From assembly GCA_050014495.1 (NCBI GenBank), contig JBEKDF010000009.1:1-64000 (forward strand): a stretch of 64,000 bases of DNA, read 5' to 3'. Shown piece by piece: positions 44,887-54,532 of the stretch (the first letter of the stretch is position 1; every line of letters begins with the position of its first letter). The stretch comes from Candidatus Bathyarchaeia archaeon (lineage in GTDB: Archaea; Thermoproteota; Bathyarchaeia; TCS64). A program made the translations under genes and the position numbers. The notes under the pieces are model-generated. The model was given only the letters and a program-made list of their open reading frames with translations. It was not told the DNA's origin and made no database searches.

Positions 44887-47247
44887 ATGACTGAAACACC
44901 TAGAATCGGCGTCTGGCTCTGCGAGTGTGGTGGGAATATAGGCGACGTAGTCGAGACTGATCGCGTCGTCGAGGAGCTCAAGTCCGAAGCTGCCTTCGTG
45001 AAGAAGGAGAGATACCTCTGCAGTAAACCGAGCGTTGACGCAATCAAGGAGGCTGTCGAGAAGCAGCACCTGGACAGAGTAGTCCTCGCCTGCTGTACAC
45101 CTAAGATGCATAGGGAGACATTTCTGAGTAACCTCGCGGAGAAGGGAGTCAACCCCGCCTTCTTGGAGATGGTAAATGTCCGTGAGCAGTGCAGCTGGGT
45201 CCATAAAGAAGACCACGAGGGTGCGACTCTGAAGACTTTAGACCTTATTAGGGGTGCGGTGGCGCGGGCAAAGGAGTCTGTGGCACTGGAGTCGAAGAGG
45301 ATGAAGGTTATCCCCGAGGCCCTCGTAATCGGAGGAGGCGTCGCAGGTATCACTACAAGCCTTCGCCTCAGCGAGTTCGGCATGAATGTGCATCTCGTTG
45401 AGAAACGTCCCAGTATCGGTGGCCACATGATCCAATACCCGAAGGTCTTCCCGACGCTCGATTGTAGCCAATGCATACTTACACCGAAGATGGCGTCAGT
45501 AAGCCAGAGCAGGAACATTGACTTAATCACATATGCTGAAGTTGAGGAGGTCTCTGGTATCCCCGGTGATTTCAAGGCTAAGATAAGACTCAACCCACGG
45601 GGCGTAGATGTATCAAAGTGCATCGGGTGCGGTGCCTGTAGTAGGGTCTGCCCGACGAAGGTGCCCGCTGAACACGACCAAGACCTTGGCGTCAGGAAGG
45701 CGGCATATATACCCTTCCCACAGAGTGTTCCCAGCGTCTATACCATCGACTTCGAGCACTGTATCCACTGCGGGGCCTGCGCGAAGGTTTGCCCACGGCA
45801 ATGTATTGATCTTGACGATACCGGTTCCTCTAAGGAGCTGAAGGTGGGTGCCATTGTGATGGCAACTGGATTCGAGCTCTACGATCTCTCTGGGCTCATA
45901 CAGTATGGCTACGGACGTTACCCAAACGTTGTGACTAGCCTCGAGATGGAGAGGATACTTGACGTCAACGGGCCGACGGGGAGCCAACTCATCGTCCCGA
46001 AGACCGGTAGGCAGGTTAAGACCGTGACTTTCGTCCTCTGCGCCGGAAGTAGAGACACTGAGGTAGGACGCAGTTACTGTAGTAGAGTCTGCTGCCTTTA
46101 CAGTATGAAGCAGGCCCAGCTCCTGAGAGACCGTGGCGTCGACGTTTGGATTCACTATATAGATATCAGGTCACCAGGTCGTCGCTACGAGGAGTTCTAC
46201 AGGACTACACAGGAGAAGGGCGCGATGTTTGTGAAGGGGAAGGTGGCTGAGATTGTCCCAGACGGGGAGCAGGTGCTCGTGCGCAGCGAGGACATGATGC
46301 TTAATAAGATGCTTGAGTATTCGAGCGACCTTGTTGTCCTGGCTCCACCGATGGTAACGACCCCTGAGACCCTGAAGCTCGCTGAGATGCTGCGTGTGCC
46401 TGTTGATGAGGATCAGTTTGTATTGGAGAGGCATCCGAAGCTCGACCCGGTGTCCACGAAGAGAGACGGAATCTTCGCGGCAGGCACGGTTGTTGGTCCA
46501 AAGGATATCCAGTCAACAACGGCGGAGGCGGAGGGGGCGGCGATGAAGGTGGTTAACTTCCTCCATGTGGACAGGGTCATCGAACCTAACAAGGTGTTCC
46601 TTGCACACCCGGAGCTGTGCGATGGTTGTGCTAAGTGTGTGGGTTCTTGCCCCGAGTCTGCGATTACCCTCTCAGATGGGAAAGCGTTGGTGAACGAGAT
46701 AATGTGCACGGGCTGTGGTGCCTGTGTGCCATCTTGTCCTAGGAATGCCTTGGATCAGCAAGGCTTGAGTGAGACTCAGATCAAGGCTCAGATAAGAGGG
46801 GCCCTCGAGGGATCGAAAGCTGAGCTTAAGATACTCACATTCGTCGAGAAGGAGGTAGCGTACACAGCGGTCGACCTCGCCGGGCTGGCGAGGCTACCCT
46901 ACCCAAGCAGCATCAGGATCATCCCGATGCCCTCACTTGCGAGGCTGAAGCTGGAGCACCTACTCCAAGCCTTCGCCTACGGGGCGGATGGGGTGATGCT
47001 TCTCGAGGCACCATCTCATGAAGGTCCATATGGTCATGCTCATGTGCTGGCGGAGGAGAGAGCCGATGAGTACAGGTGGGCACTTGAGGATCATGGCGTG
47101 GATAGTAGTAGGATGTGGTTCAGCAGGGTCTATGTTCCCGACTGGAGGAAGCTAGAGAGGGTCTTCAAGACCTTCAACGACATCATTGCTGGGGAGGGCC
47201 CGATAGGAGAAGATGCTAGGAAAAAGCTCCGCGAGGAGCTCCAATAA
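44887..47247 (+). CDS. hdrA: HdrA fused to a cysteine-less MvhD-like domain
   Basis: CECG, CCTP, REQCSW, GGGVAG, FPTLDC, CSRVCC, ferredoxin motifs. C-terminal DLAG..YP..IRII..GADGV. Confidence 0.92.
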   Translation: MTETPRIGVWLCECGGNIGDVVETDRVVEELKSEAAFVKKERYLCSKPSVDAIKEAVEKQHLDRVVLACCTPKMHRETFLSNLAEKGVNPAFLEMVNVREQCSWVHKEDHEGATLKTLDLIRGAVARAKESVALESKRMKVIPEALVIGGGVAGITTSLRLSEFGMNVHLVEKRPSIGGHMIQYPKVFPTLDCSQCILTPKMASVSQSRNIDLITYAEVEEVSGIPGDFKAKIRLNPRGVDVSKCIGCGACSRVCPTKVPAEHDQDLGVRKAAYIPFPQSVPSVYTIDFEHCIHCGACAKVCPRQCIDLDDTGSSKELKVGAIVMATGFELYDLSGLIQYGYGRYPNVVTSLEMERILDVNGPTGSQLIVPKTGRQVKTVTFVLCAGSRDTEVGRSYCSRVCCLYSMKQAQLLRDRGVDVWIHYIDIRSPGRRYEEFYRTTQEKGAMFVKGKVAEIVPDGEQVLVRSEDMMLNKMLEYSSDLVVLAPPMVTTPETLKLAEMLRVPVDEDQFVLERHPKLDPVSTKRDGIFAAGTVVGPKDIQSTTAEAEGAAMKVVNFLHVDRVIEPNKVFLAHPELCDGCAKCVGSCPESAITLSDGKALVNEIMCTGCGACVPSCPRNALDQQGLSETQIKAQIRGALEGSKAELKILTFVEKEVAYTAVDLAGLARLPYPSSIRIIPMPSLARLKLEHLLQAFAYGADGVMLLEAPSHEGPYGHAHVLAEERADEYRWALEDHGVDSSRMWFSRVYVPDWRKLERVFKTFNDIIAGEGPIGEDARKKLREELQ

Positions 47248-47380
47248 CCCCTCATTCAAGAGTTCTAAACTCTATAATTCAAAATTATACACGTGGAGAT
47301 GTTTCTTAGGATGTGGAATTAGAAGTCAATTAGCTCGTTGTTTCATTGCTTTTGAAATGATCGTCGCGCGTACGAACGAC

Positions 47381-48154
47381 TTAGGCGTGGCTTAAGAAGT
47401 CCTTTCGCCCACCGTCAACAACTAGAACCTGCCCTGTGACGAAGCTAGACTCATCAGAGGCAAGGAAAAGAACCGCATTTGCGATGTCCTGAGGTTCCCC
47501 AATACGCCTCATTGCTGCCATTCCCGCCTTTAGCTTCTGCAGCTCCTCTGTTTTCTCTCTAGTCGAACGACTTGTCATATCTGTGCGCGTCCATCCAGGC
47601 GCCACACTGTTCACGTTGATACCGTGGGGGCCGAGATCCTGTGCAGCGACCGTCGTCATCGCTATTAGGGCGGCTTTGGCGCAACAATAGGCGAGTTCCC
47701 CAACTGGGGCACCTCCGAGCCCTGAGATGCTAGAGATATTAATTATTTTGCCCGACTTCTGCTCCACCATCATCTTCGATGCTATCTGGGTGCAGTTAAA
47801 TGGGCCCTTGAAATTTACAGCGATGACTCTATCCCAATCTTCTTCGGAGGTATCAAGTGTTGTCCCGCCAGTGCCTATTCCTGCGTTATTTACCAGAATA
47901 TCCACCCTCCCGAACTCGGCCAGGACCTTGTTAAACATTCTCTGAGCCTCTGTCCTCTTAGATACGTCGGCTTTGACGGCGATAGCTCTCCTCCCCATTG
48001 CCTTTATATTTTTAACAACTTCTTTCGCGTCATTTACGGACTTTACATAGTTCACGACGATGTCCGCCCCCTCTCGGGCGAATGTCTCTGCGATTGCTTT
48101 ACCTATCCCACGGGAAGCACCCGTGATAACTGCTACCTTTCCATCGAGCTTCAT
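47381..48154 (-). CDS. SDR-family oxidoreductase (FabG-like)
   Basis: TGASRGIG, NNAG, YxxxK, VDGG. Confidence 0.93.
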   Translation of the reverse strand: MKLDGKVAVITGASRGIGKAIAETFAREGADIVVNYVKSVNDAKEVVKNIKAMGRRAIAVKADVSKRTEAQRMFNKVLAEFGRVDILVNNAGIGTGGTTLDTSEEDWDRVIAVNFKGPFNCTQIASKMMVEQKSGKIINISSISGLGGAPVGELAYCCAKAALIAMTTVAAQDLGPHGINVNSVAPGWTRTDMTSRSTREKTEELQKLKAGMAAMRRIGEPQDIANAVLFLASDESSFVTGQVLVVDGGRKDFLSHA

Positions 48155-48195
48155 GGTGCAGACTCGCCACAGTGGGAGATTAAACTTTCCAGAAT

Positions 48196-48675
48196 CTATT
48201 GAGTAGCCTTTATCGCGTCTGCAAAAGTCTTTAGTTTCTCTTTATAATCCCCTATCTCGACTTCCGTCTCCTTTATCTCTAATGTTACAATGGGTGCGCC
48301 CGTGATTTTGGCCATATTCTCGAAGGTTGATCCTGGTGAACTCTGGTAAGTACAGAAGTATGCTACATTGCGGATCTTACTCTTTGCCTGAATCAGGTAG
48401 CTTCGTATGGGGCTCGCCATGTTCCAAGCCCAAATAGGCGTACCAATGACAACGACATCGTAGTAGGATGGGTCCATTTTTAGCGCTTCTATTACGGGAG
48501 TTGCTCCGCTCATCGCCTCCCTCCCCGAGGTCAGCCACCCCATAGGTCCTGCACGACTCTTTGCTTCAGTAATAGCCTCTATATCAGCGGAAAGCAGAGT
48601 ACTAAGCTCATCAGCGAGCTTTTTCGTCGTCCCTGTTCGGGAGAAGTATGTGATAAGAGTCTTCATGAGATCCAC
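48196..48675 (-). CDS. flavodoxin-family protein
   Basis: YFSRTGTT, GTPIW, FCT. Confidence 0.88.
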   Translation of the reverse strand: MDLMKTLITYFSRTGTTKKLADELSTLLSADIEAITEAKSRAGPMGWLTSGREAMSGATPVIEALKMDPSYYDVVVIGTPIWAWNMASPIRSYLIQAKSKIRNVAYFCTYQSSPGSTFENMAKITGAPIVTLEIKETEVEIGDYKEKLKTFADAIKATQ

Positions 48676-48900
48676 GTTTATGAGCTTAAATAAAAAATCG
48701 ACTAAACTTCAGGTTAATGAGAGCTGATAAAAAAAGTAGTCATCTACAGAAGATCCTCTAATGTTGATTCTCCCATATTATTACAGAGATAATTCAGCTA
48801 TCAACCGCAATGTGGACCCAATGAATGACCAGAATTGTTTGTGACTACACCTCAATCTACTCGCGTAAGTGTTATCCTTACAATGTATCCCTATTTACCT

Positions 48901-50241
48901 ATGCCAGTCACAAAGGAAGAGCTTCTCAAGGAAGCCCAGAAGTGGAGTAAGATCGCTCCACCCTACCATGCCTTCTACCACGGAAAGGTCGAGGTCATGC
49001 CCAAATGCGCTATTAGGACCCTACAGGACTTCAGCATCTGGTACACCCCTGGTGTAGCCCAGGTTTGCAAGGACATAGAGAAGGACAAGGAGCTTGCCTT
49101 CGAGGGGACGAGCAAGTGGAACTATGTCGCCGTCGTCAGCGACGGCACAAGAGTACTCGGACTCGGCGATATCGGCGCCCAGGCCGGAATGCCCGTGATG
49201 GAGGGCAAGGCTCTTATCTTCAAGTATCTGGGCGGAGTCGATGCCTTTCCCATATGCCTTAGCACAAAGGACCCGGAGGAGATAATTCAGGCTGTTAAGT
49301 GGATAGAGCCAACCTTCGGCGGGATTAACCTTGAGGATTTCTCGAGCCCCAAATGCTTCTACATCCTAGAGAGACTCAGGAAGGAGATGCCCATCCCCGT
49401 CTGGCACGATGACCAGCAGGGTACCGCAGCGGTGATACTTGCCGCTACCTATAACGCATTAAAGATGGTGGGTAAGAAACTCAACACCGCGAAGATAAGT
49501 ATAGTCGGCGTCGGAGCGGCTAATACTCGTACCTACTATGTCCTCAAGTCAGCGGGGGCAAACCCGAAGAACATCCTCATGGCTGACTCCACTGGTATCC
49601 TCAGCCGGACTAGGAAGGACCTTGAGGGCAGCTACAAATGGGAAATTGCTAAGGAGACCAACCCAGACGGCTTGGAGGGTGGTATTAAGGAGGCCCTCGA
49701 AGGAGCCGACATCCTTATCGCTGCTAGTAAGTCTGGCCCAGACGTCATTAAGAAGGAGGACATAAAGGGAATGGCATCGAACGCCATAGTATTCGCCTGC
49801 GCTAACCCCATTCCGGAGATCTGGCCATGGGAGGCTTCGGAGGGTGGTGCAAAGGTCGTTGCAACAGGGCGCAGCGACTTCCCTAACCAGGTAAACAACA
49901 GCCTCGTCTTCCCCGCTATATTCCGCGGAGCACTCGATGTCCGAGCCAAGACGATAACCGACGAGATGTGCATAGCCTCAGCTACGGCCCTCGCCAAGTT
50001 CGCCGAGGATAAGGGACTTACTGAGAAATATATAATTCCCAGCATGGATGAGTGGGAGATCTATCCCCTTCAGGCTACCGAGGTAGCGTTGAAGTGCATA
50101 GAGCAGGGCCTTGCACGCAAGAAAGCTAGTAGGGCAGAGATTTACGACGGTGCAGCCGCCATAATCGAAAGGACGCAGAAGATCGTGAAACTACTGATGG
50201 CGCAGGGCTTTATTCCTTCTCCGCCCCCTGAGCCTAAGTGA
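48901..50241 (+). CDS. NAD(P)-dependent malic enzyme
   Basis: [46 protein letters not shown]. Start taken at ATG 48901. Confidence 0.95.
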   Translation: MPVTKEELLKEAQKWSKIAPPYHAFYHGKVEVMPKCAIRTLQDFSIWYTPGVAQVCKDIEKDKELAFEGTSKWNYVAVVSDGTRVLGLGDIGAQAGMPVMEGKALIFKYLGGVDAFPICLSTKDPEEIIQAVKWIEPTFGGINLEDFSSPKCFYILERLRKEMPIPVWHDDQQGTAAVILAATYNALKMVGKKLNTAKISIVGVGAANTRTYYVLKSAGANPKNILMADSTGILSRTRKDLEGSYKWEIAKETNPDGLEGGIKEALEGADILIAASKSGPDVIKKEDIKGMASNAIVFACANPIPEIWPWEASEGGAKVVATGRSDFPNQVNNSLVFPAIFRGALDVRAKTITDEMCIASATALAKFAEDKGLTEKYIIPSMDEWEIYPLQATEVALKCIEQGLARKKASRAEIYDGAAAIIERTQKIVKLLMAQGFIPSPPPEPK

Positions 50242-50287
50242 TCCTCATTTTTTCAAAATAGCGGCATTCACGAAAATAATGGGCTGT

Positions 50288-51181
50288 CTAGATTCTGTTC
50301 AGCCTCTTGAGAAGCGGGGTAACATCCACTCTCCTTAAGTCCAGACCTAATTCCTCGGGCTTCACACCCATGGAGAGACCGAGGACATCGACAAAGTGTA
50401 TAACTGGTATACCATATTCCTTTCCCTTCGATTCCTTGAGCTTGATCTGCCCGACTTCAAGCTGCATCATGCAAAAGGGACACGTCGCCACGATCGCGTC
50501 CGCCCCAGACTCTTTCACGTCGTCGAGGATGGTCTCAGCAAGCTTGAGCCCTGCTTCCTCCGACACCTTCCCGAAGAAGGAGCCACACCCGATGCAGCAC
50601 GCTGTCTTCTCATGGTAATCTATGCTTGTCGCCCCAGTCGACTCGATAAGTCTGTCGAGTTTCTGAGGGAACTCCGCGTCGTCGAAGCCTGAATACCTCT
50701 GAGGGAGGAAGAGGTGACAACCGTAGAAGGGAGCGGCTCTCAGACCGGTTAGGGGCTTTACACTAAGTTCCCTCAGCCCATCGGGGCTATAGTCCTTGTA
50801 GAGGGACGTAACAACGTGCTCTATCCTTACTTTTCCCTTATACTCTCTCCCCACTTCCCCCAGTAATTTATTCACATCCTCCTTTATCTCGGGGTTGTGA
50901 TCTAGAAGGTACTTTGCCCTCGAGAGGTTTCCGAAGCAGCTGGAGCAGAGGGTCATTAGGGGAAGGTCTTCCTGCTCTGCTATGGCGAGGTTCCTACTGG
51001 TGAGTGCCAACCCCCTCTCGTAATCCACGCTGTGGACGAGGCAAGCAGGCATGCAGCAGTTGAAGTCATCCCTCTGACGAAGATTCACGTCGAGCCTCTT
51101 GAAGACCGCCCTCATTGCCATTTCGTAGCCGAGTTCCCTAACCGATGCGACGCATCCAGGAAATAGTAGGTACTCTGTCAA
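50288..51181 (-). CDS. hdrB: HdrB-like CCG-domain protein
   Basis: FPGC, CC, CSSC, YGCH, CCIGCG, CPFC. Confidence 0.9.
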   Translation of the reverse strand: MTEYLLFPGCVASVRELGYEMAMRAVFKRLDVNLRQRDDFNCCMPACLVHSVDYERGLALTSRNLAIAEQEDLPLMTLCSSCFGNLSRAKYLLDHNPEIKEDVNKLLGEVGREYKGKVRIEHVVTSLYKDYSPDGLRELSVKPLTGLRAAPFYGCHLFLPQRYSGFDDAEFPQKLDRLIESTGATSIDYHEKTACCIGCGSFFGKVSEEAGLKLAETILDDVKESGADAIVATCPFCMMQLEVGQIKLKESKGKEYGIPVIHFVDVLGLSMGVKPEELGLDLRRVDVTPLLKRLNRI

Positions 51182-51660
51182 GCGTCCAATCTCCTGAGAA
51201 GATCTTCGCCAAATATCTTCCTCTGCTCTTCTATCGCCTTCGGAGAGATCGTAGCCCCTATGGGAGGTAACCCATATTCACCCCTCCACTCGTCGAAGTC
51301 GTTCGGAACCGAAACCGACCGCCCTGACCTCATTATCTCACGCATGATCGCCTTAGGATTCTCGGGTATTCTGCCCTCTTTTGACGCAAGGTTCCTCGTC
51401 AGGAGGAATATCTCGGTGGGCTGGATCCCCTGTGGGCACCTCTCAGTACACCGGTAACACCATGCACACAGCCACAGTTCCTCGCTCTTCAGAAGCTCAG
51501 GTAGGTTTTGGGAGACCCTCTGAAGGAGCCTCCTTGGGTTATACATCCCAGGCAGCGCCTTCGCCATGGGGCAACTCCCCGTGCAGCTACCGCAGTCTTG
51601 GCAGTAGCTCAGCTTCTTTTCGTCTAAAAGACGAGCGAGCAGATCCTTTGTATTAACCAT
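51178..51660 (-). CDS. hdrC: HdrC-like protein
   Basis: CQDCGSCTGSCP, WLCAWCYRCTERCP. Confidence 0.9.
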   Translation of the reverse strand: MVNTKDLLARLLDEKKLSYCQDCGSCTGSCPMAKALPGMYNPRRLLQRVSQNLPELLKSEELWLCAWCYRCTERCPQGIQPTEIFLLTRNLASKEGRIPENPKAIMREIMRSGRSVSVPNDFDEWRGEYGLPPIGATISPKAIEEQRKIFGEDLLRRLDA

Positions 51661-51865
51661 GTTATCCGATCCAGAAACCGGTCTATCTCAATCCAGTAAT
51701 TACAGTATATTAAATATTTACTTCAAGTGTGGATGGATGCCGTTTACTCAACTATTAATGAGTTTTCTCTGAGGTTACGGGACCATTAGATATCAATAAA
51801 GGGTATATACTGGCGTTAGAAAGGGTAGTGGAATAGCTCCCCTTGAGAAGCAGCTAGAGGCGTGT

Positions 51866-52348
51866 TTGTTGACTCAAAGAAAACCCAAGATGATGGATAA
51901 GGTGAACGCGGAGACCTGTGATCAGTGTGGTAAATGCCCGTCATCGTGCCCGGTCACAGTACGCATCGAGGGCTTCAATCCTCGCCAGATCATTGCGAAG
52001 GTCGCCTTGGGTAAAGAGGCTGAGCTGATGAAGAGCCAGGTTTTATGGACCTGCACTAGCTGTCTCAAATGTAAGGAGCGTTGCCCTGAGGAGATCTCCC
52101 CTTACGACGTTATACTAGCTCTGCGCCGTATAGCTATCAATCTGGAGTTACCTCACCCTGAGGGATACGACGAGTCAGTGAAAGCCGTGGTTGAAACTGG
52201 CGTCGTTCAGCAACCTCAGCTTGTTCGAACTCGTAACAAGGAGAGGAAGGATAGGAAGTCTATGGGACTTCCACCTGCGGAGAAGCCAAGGGACATGACT
52301 ATGTACACCAAGACTCTCCGAGGCATTCTTGAGGAAGATGAACTTTGA
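51866..52348 (+). CDS. hdrC: HdrC-like protein
   Basis: CDQCGKCPSSCP, WTCTSCLKCKERCP. Confidence 0.9.
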   Translation: MLTQRKPKMMDKVNAETCDQCGKCPSSCPVTVRIEGFNPRQIIAKVALGKEAELMKSQVLWTCTSCLKCKERCPEEISPYDVILALRRIAINLELPHPEGYDESVKAVVETGVVQQPQLVRTRNKERKDRKSMGLPPAEKPRDMTMYTKTLRGILEEDEL

Positions 52349-53223
52349 AGTACGCTCTCTATTTGGGGTGTACTGTCCAGACCGAACAGTACGGATACGA
52401 GGCCTCTGTGAGGGCGACTATGCCTAGGCTGGACGTAGAACTCGTGGGCATGGTCGGGGTAAGTTGTTGTGGGTTCCCACCATTTAGTAGTGTCAATGAA
52501 TTAGCCTGGTTGTACTCATCTGCTAGGAATATTGCTATAGCCGAGGAGATGGGCCTCCCACTACTAACCTTATGCAACGGTTGCCATCTCTCTTTCACGG
52601 AGACTATACACAAGCTGGGGAACTCCCCAGAATTGAAGGTGAAGGTTAATGAGAAACTTGCCGGAGAGGGACTTAGATATGATGGTAAGGTTAAACTCGT
52701 TCATATCTTTGAGCTCTTACACGATGAAGTTGGGAAAGATAAGATCACGGCCGCTTTAACGAATCCCTTGAAGGGATTCAGGTTCGCAGCGCAGCCGGGC
52801 TGCCACTCTATAAGGCCAAGCAGAGTCGGTAGACCTGACAACCCTGAGAACCCGAAGAAGCTTGATGAACTCATAACCTGGCTCGGGGCTGAGGCCGGTG
52901 ACTACCCTGAGAAAAACGACTGCTGCGGCAGCTCTCTAGCAGTATCAGCCGGGAAGGTCGTCCTCGATATAGCTGGGGAGAAACTCAAAGCAGTCAAACG
53001 CCGCGGCTTCGACGGCCTTGTAACGACCTGCCCATTCTGTTTCAAAGTCTACGACAACAAGCAGCGAGCCATCCAGGCGATGGGGGGCAAGGAGATAGAT
53101 ATGCCCGTCTTCTACTATACTCAGTTACTCGGCCTCGCCATTGGCCTTAAACAGGAGGAGTTGGGAATCGATCTAAATCAGAGCCCGGTCGACGAGTTGC
53201 TCATAAGGATAGGAGGAGCATAG
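52345..53223 (+). CDS. hdrB: HdrB-like protein
   Basis: YLGC, CCG, CNGC, PGCH, CCG, CPFC. Confidence 0.92.
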   Translation: MKYALYLGCTVQTEQYGYEASVRATMPRLDVELVGMVGVSCCGFPPFSSVNELAWLYSSARNIAIAEEMGLPLLTLCNGCHLSFTETIHKLGNSPELKVKVNEKLAGEGLRYDGKVKLVHIFELLHDEVGKDKITAALTNPLKGFRFAAQPGCHSIRPSRVGRPDNPENPKKLDELITWLGAEAGDYPEKNDCCGSSLAVSAGKVVLDIAGEKLKAVKRRGFDGLVTTCPFCFKVYDNKQRAIQAMGGKEIDMPVFYYTQLLGLAIGLKQEELGIDLNQSPVDELLIRIGGA

Positions 53224-53224
53224 G

Positions 53225-54532
53225 TTGAAGCCAGTACTCGTCATAGGTGGCGGAATCGCTGGTATACAAGCAAGCCTAGACCTCGCAGATAGGGGCACAA
53301 AGGTCCATCTAATTGAGAAGACCCCGAGTATTGGTGGCGTCATGGCGCAGCTTGATAAAACCTTCCCCACTATGGACTGTAGTATCTGCATACTAGCCCC
53401 GAAGATGATAGAGTGCTACAGGCACCCCAATATCACCATCCACTCTGAAAGCGAGGTCGTTAACCTCGAAGGCGCAGTTGGCGACTTTAGAGTTAAAATC
53501 CTCGAACACCCACGAAGCGTAGACGCGAAGAAGTGCACGGGATGTGGCCTTTGTAGTGAAAAGTGCCCCGTCAAACGTCCCAGCAGCTTCCAGGCTGGCC
53601 TTGGACAGCGTAAGGCGATCTACCTTGCCTTTCCTCAAGCCGTCCCCCTCATAGCCACAATCGATCGCGACGCCTGCCTCTGGTTCACAAAGGGATTATG
53701 CAGAACATGTGAGAAGGTCTGTCCCTCCAAAGCGGTGGACTATGAGCAAAAGGAGAACTTAATCGAACTAAACGTCTCTAGCGTAATCACTGCGACTGGC
53801 TTCGAGCAGTACAATCCAAAAGACATTGGCGAATATGGCTACGGGCGCTACAAGAACGTTCTGACTGCTTTGGAATTCGAGCGCCTCGTGTGCGCTTCAG
53901 GGCCCACCGGTGGTGTCCTAAGCAGACCCAGTGATGGGAAAGTGAGCCACAACACAGCCTTCATCCAATGCGTCGGGAGCCGAACCCAGACCGTCGGTTA
54001 CTCCTATTGCAGTGCTTTCTGTTGCATGTATGCCACTAAGGAGGCTGTCCTCATCAAGGAGCATGAGCCAAGTAGTCACGTCACAATATTTTACATGGAT
54101 CTAAAGACCTTCGGAAAGGGATTCCAGGGCTTCGTCGATCGCGCCCAAAGCCACTGGGGTGTCCAGTATATCAGAGGCCGTCCAGGTGAAATAAGGGAGG
54201 ATCCAGTTACAAAGAACCTAACAATCCTTTATGAGAACACGGAGATCGGCAAGGTCGAGCGTATCGAGGTCGACATGGTAATCCTCTGCACAGCCGCTGT
54301 CCCACACAGAGAAAACAAGGAGCTCGCTCAGGTCCTCGGTGTCGAGCTGGATGAATATGGCTTTTTCGAGGTGGGAGACCCCGTCTCCTCGCCAGTCGAA
54401 ACAGGCAAACCAGGTGTTTACGTCTGCGGTAGTTGCCACGGTCCAAGAGACATTCCCGAATCAGTAGCCGAGGCGAGCGCAACCGCGGCGAAGGCTTCTG
54501 AGAACATCGTACTTTCGGAGGTAGGACAATGA
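53225..54532 (+). CDS. hdrA: HdrA-like FAD module (lacks N-terminal domain)
   Basis: GGGIAG, LDKTFPTMDC, inserted ferredoxin, CSAFCC. Confidence 0.9.
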   Translation: MKPVLVIGGGIAGIQASLDLADRGTKVHLIEKTPSIGGVMAQLDKTFPTMDCSICILAPKMIECYRHPNITIHSESEVVNLEGAVGDFRVKILEHPRSVDAKKCTGCGLCSEKCPVKRPSSFQAGLGQRKAIYLAFPQAVPLIATIDRDACLWFTKGLCRTCEKVCPSKAVDYEQKENLIELNVSSVITATGFEQYNPKDIGEYGYGRYKNVLTALEFERLVCASGPTGGVLSRPSDGKVSHNTAFIQCVGSRTQTVGYSYCSAFCCMYATKEAVLIKEHEPSSHVTIFYMDLKTFGKGFQGFVDRAQSHWGVQYIRGRPGEIREDPVTKNLTILYENTEIGKVERIEVDMVILCTAAVPHRENKELAQVLGVELDEYGFFEVGDPVSSPVETGKPGVYVCGSCHGPRDIPESVAEASATAAKASENIVLSEVGQ

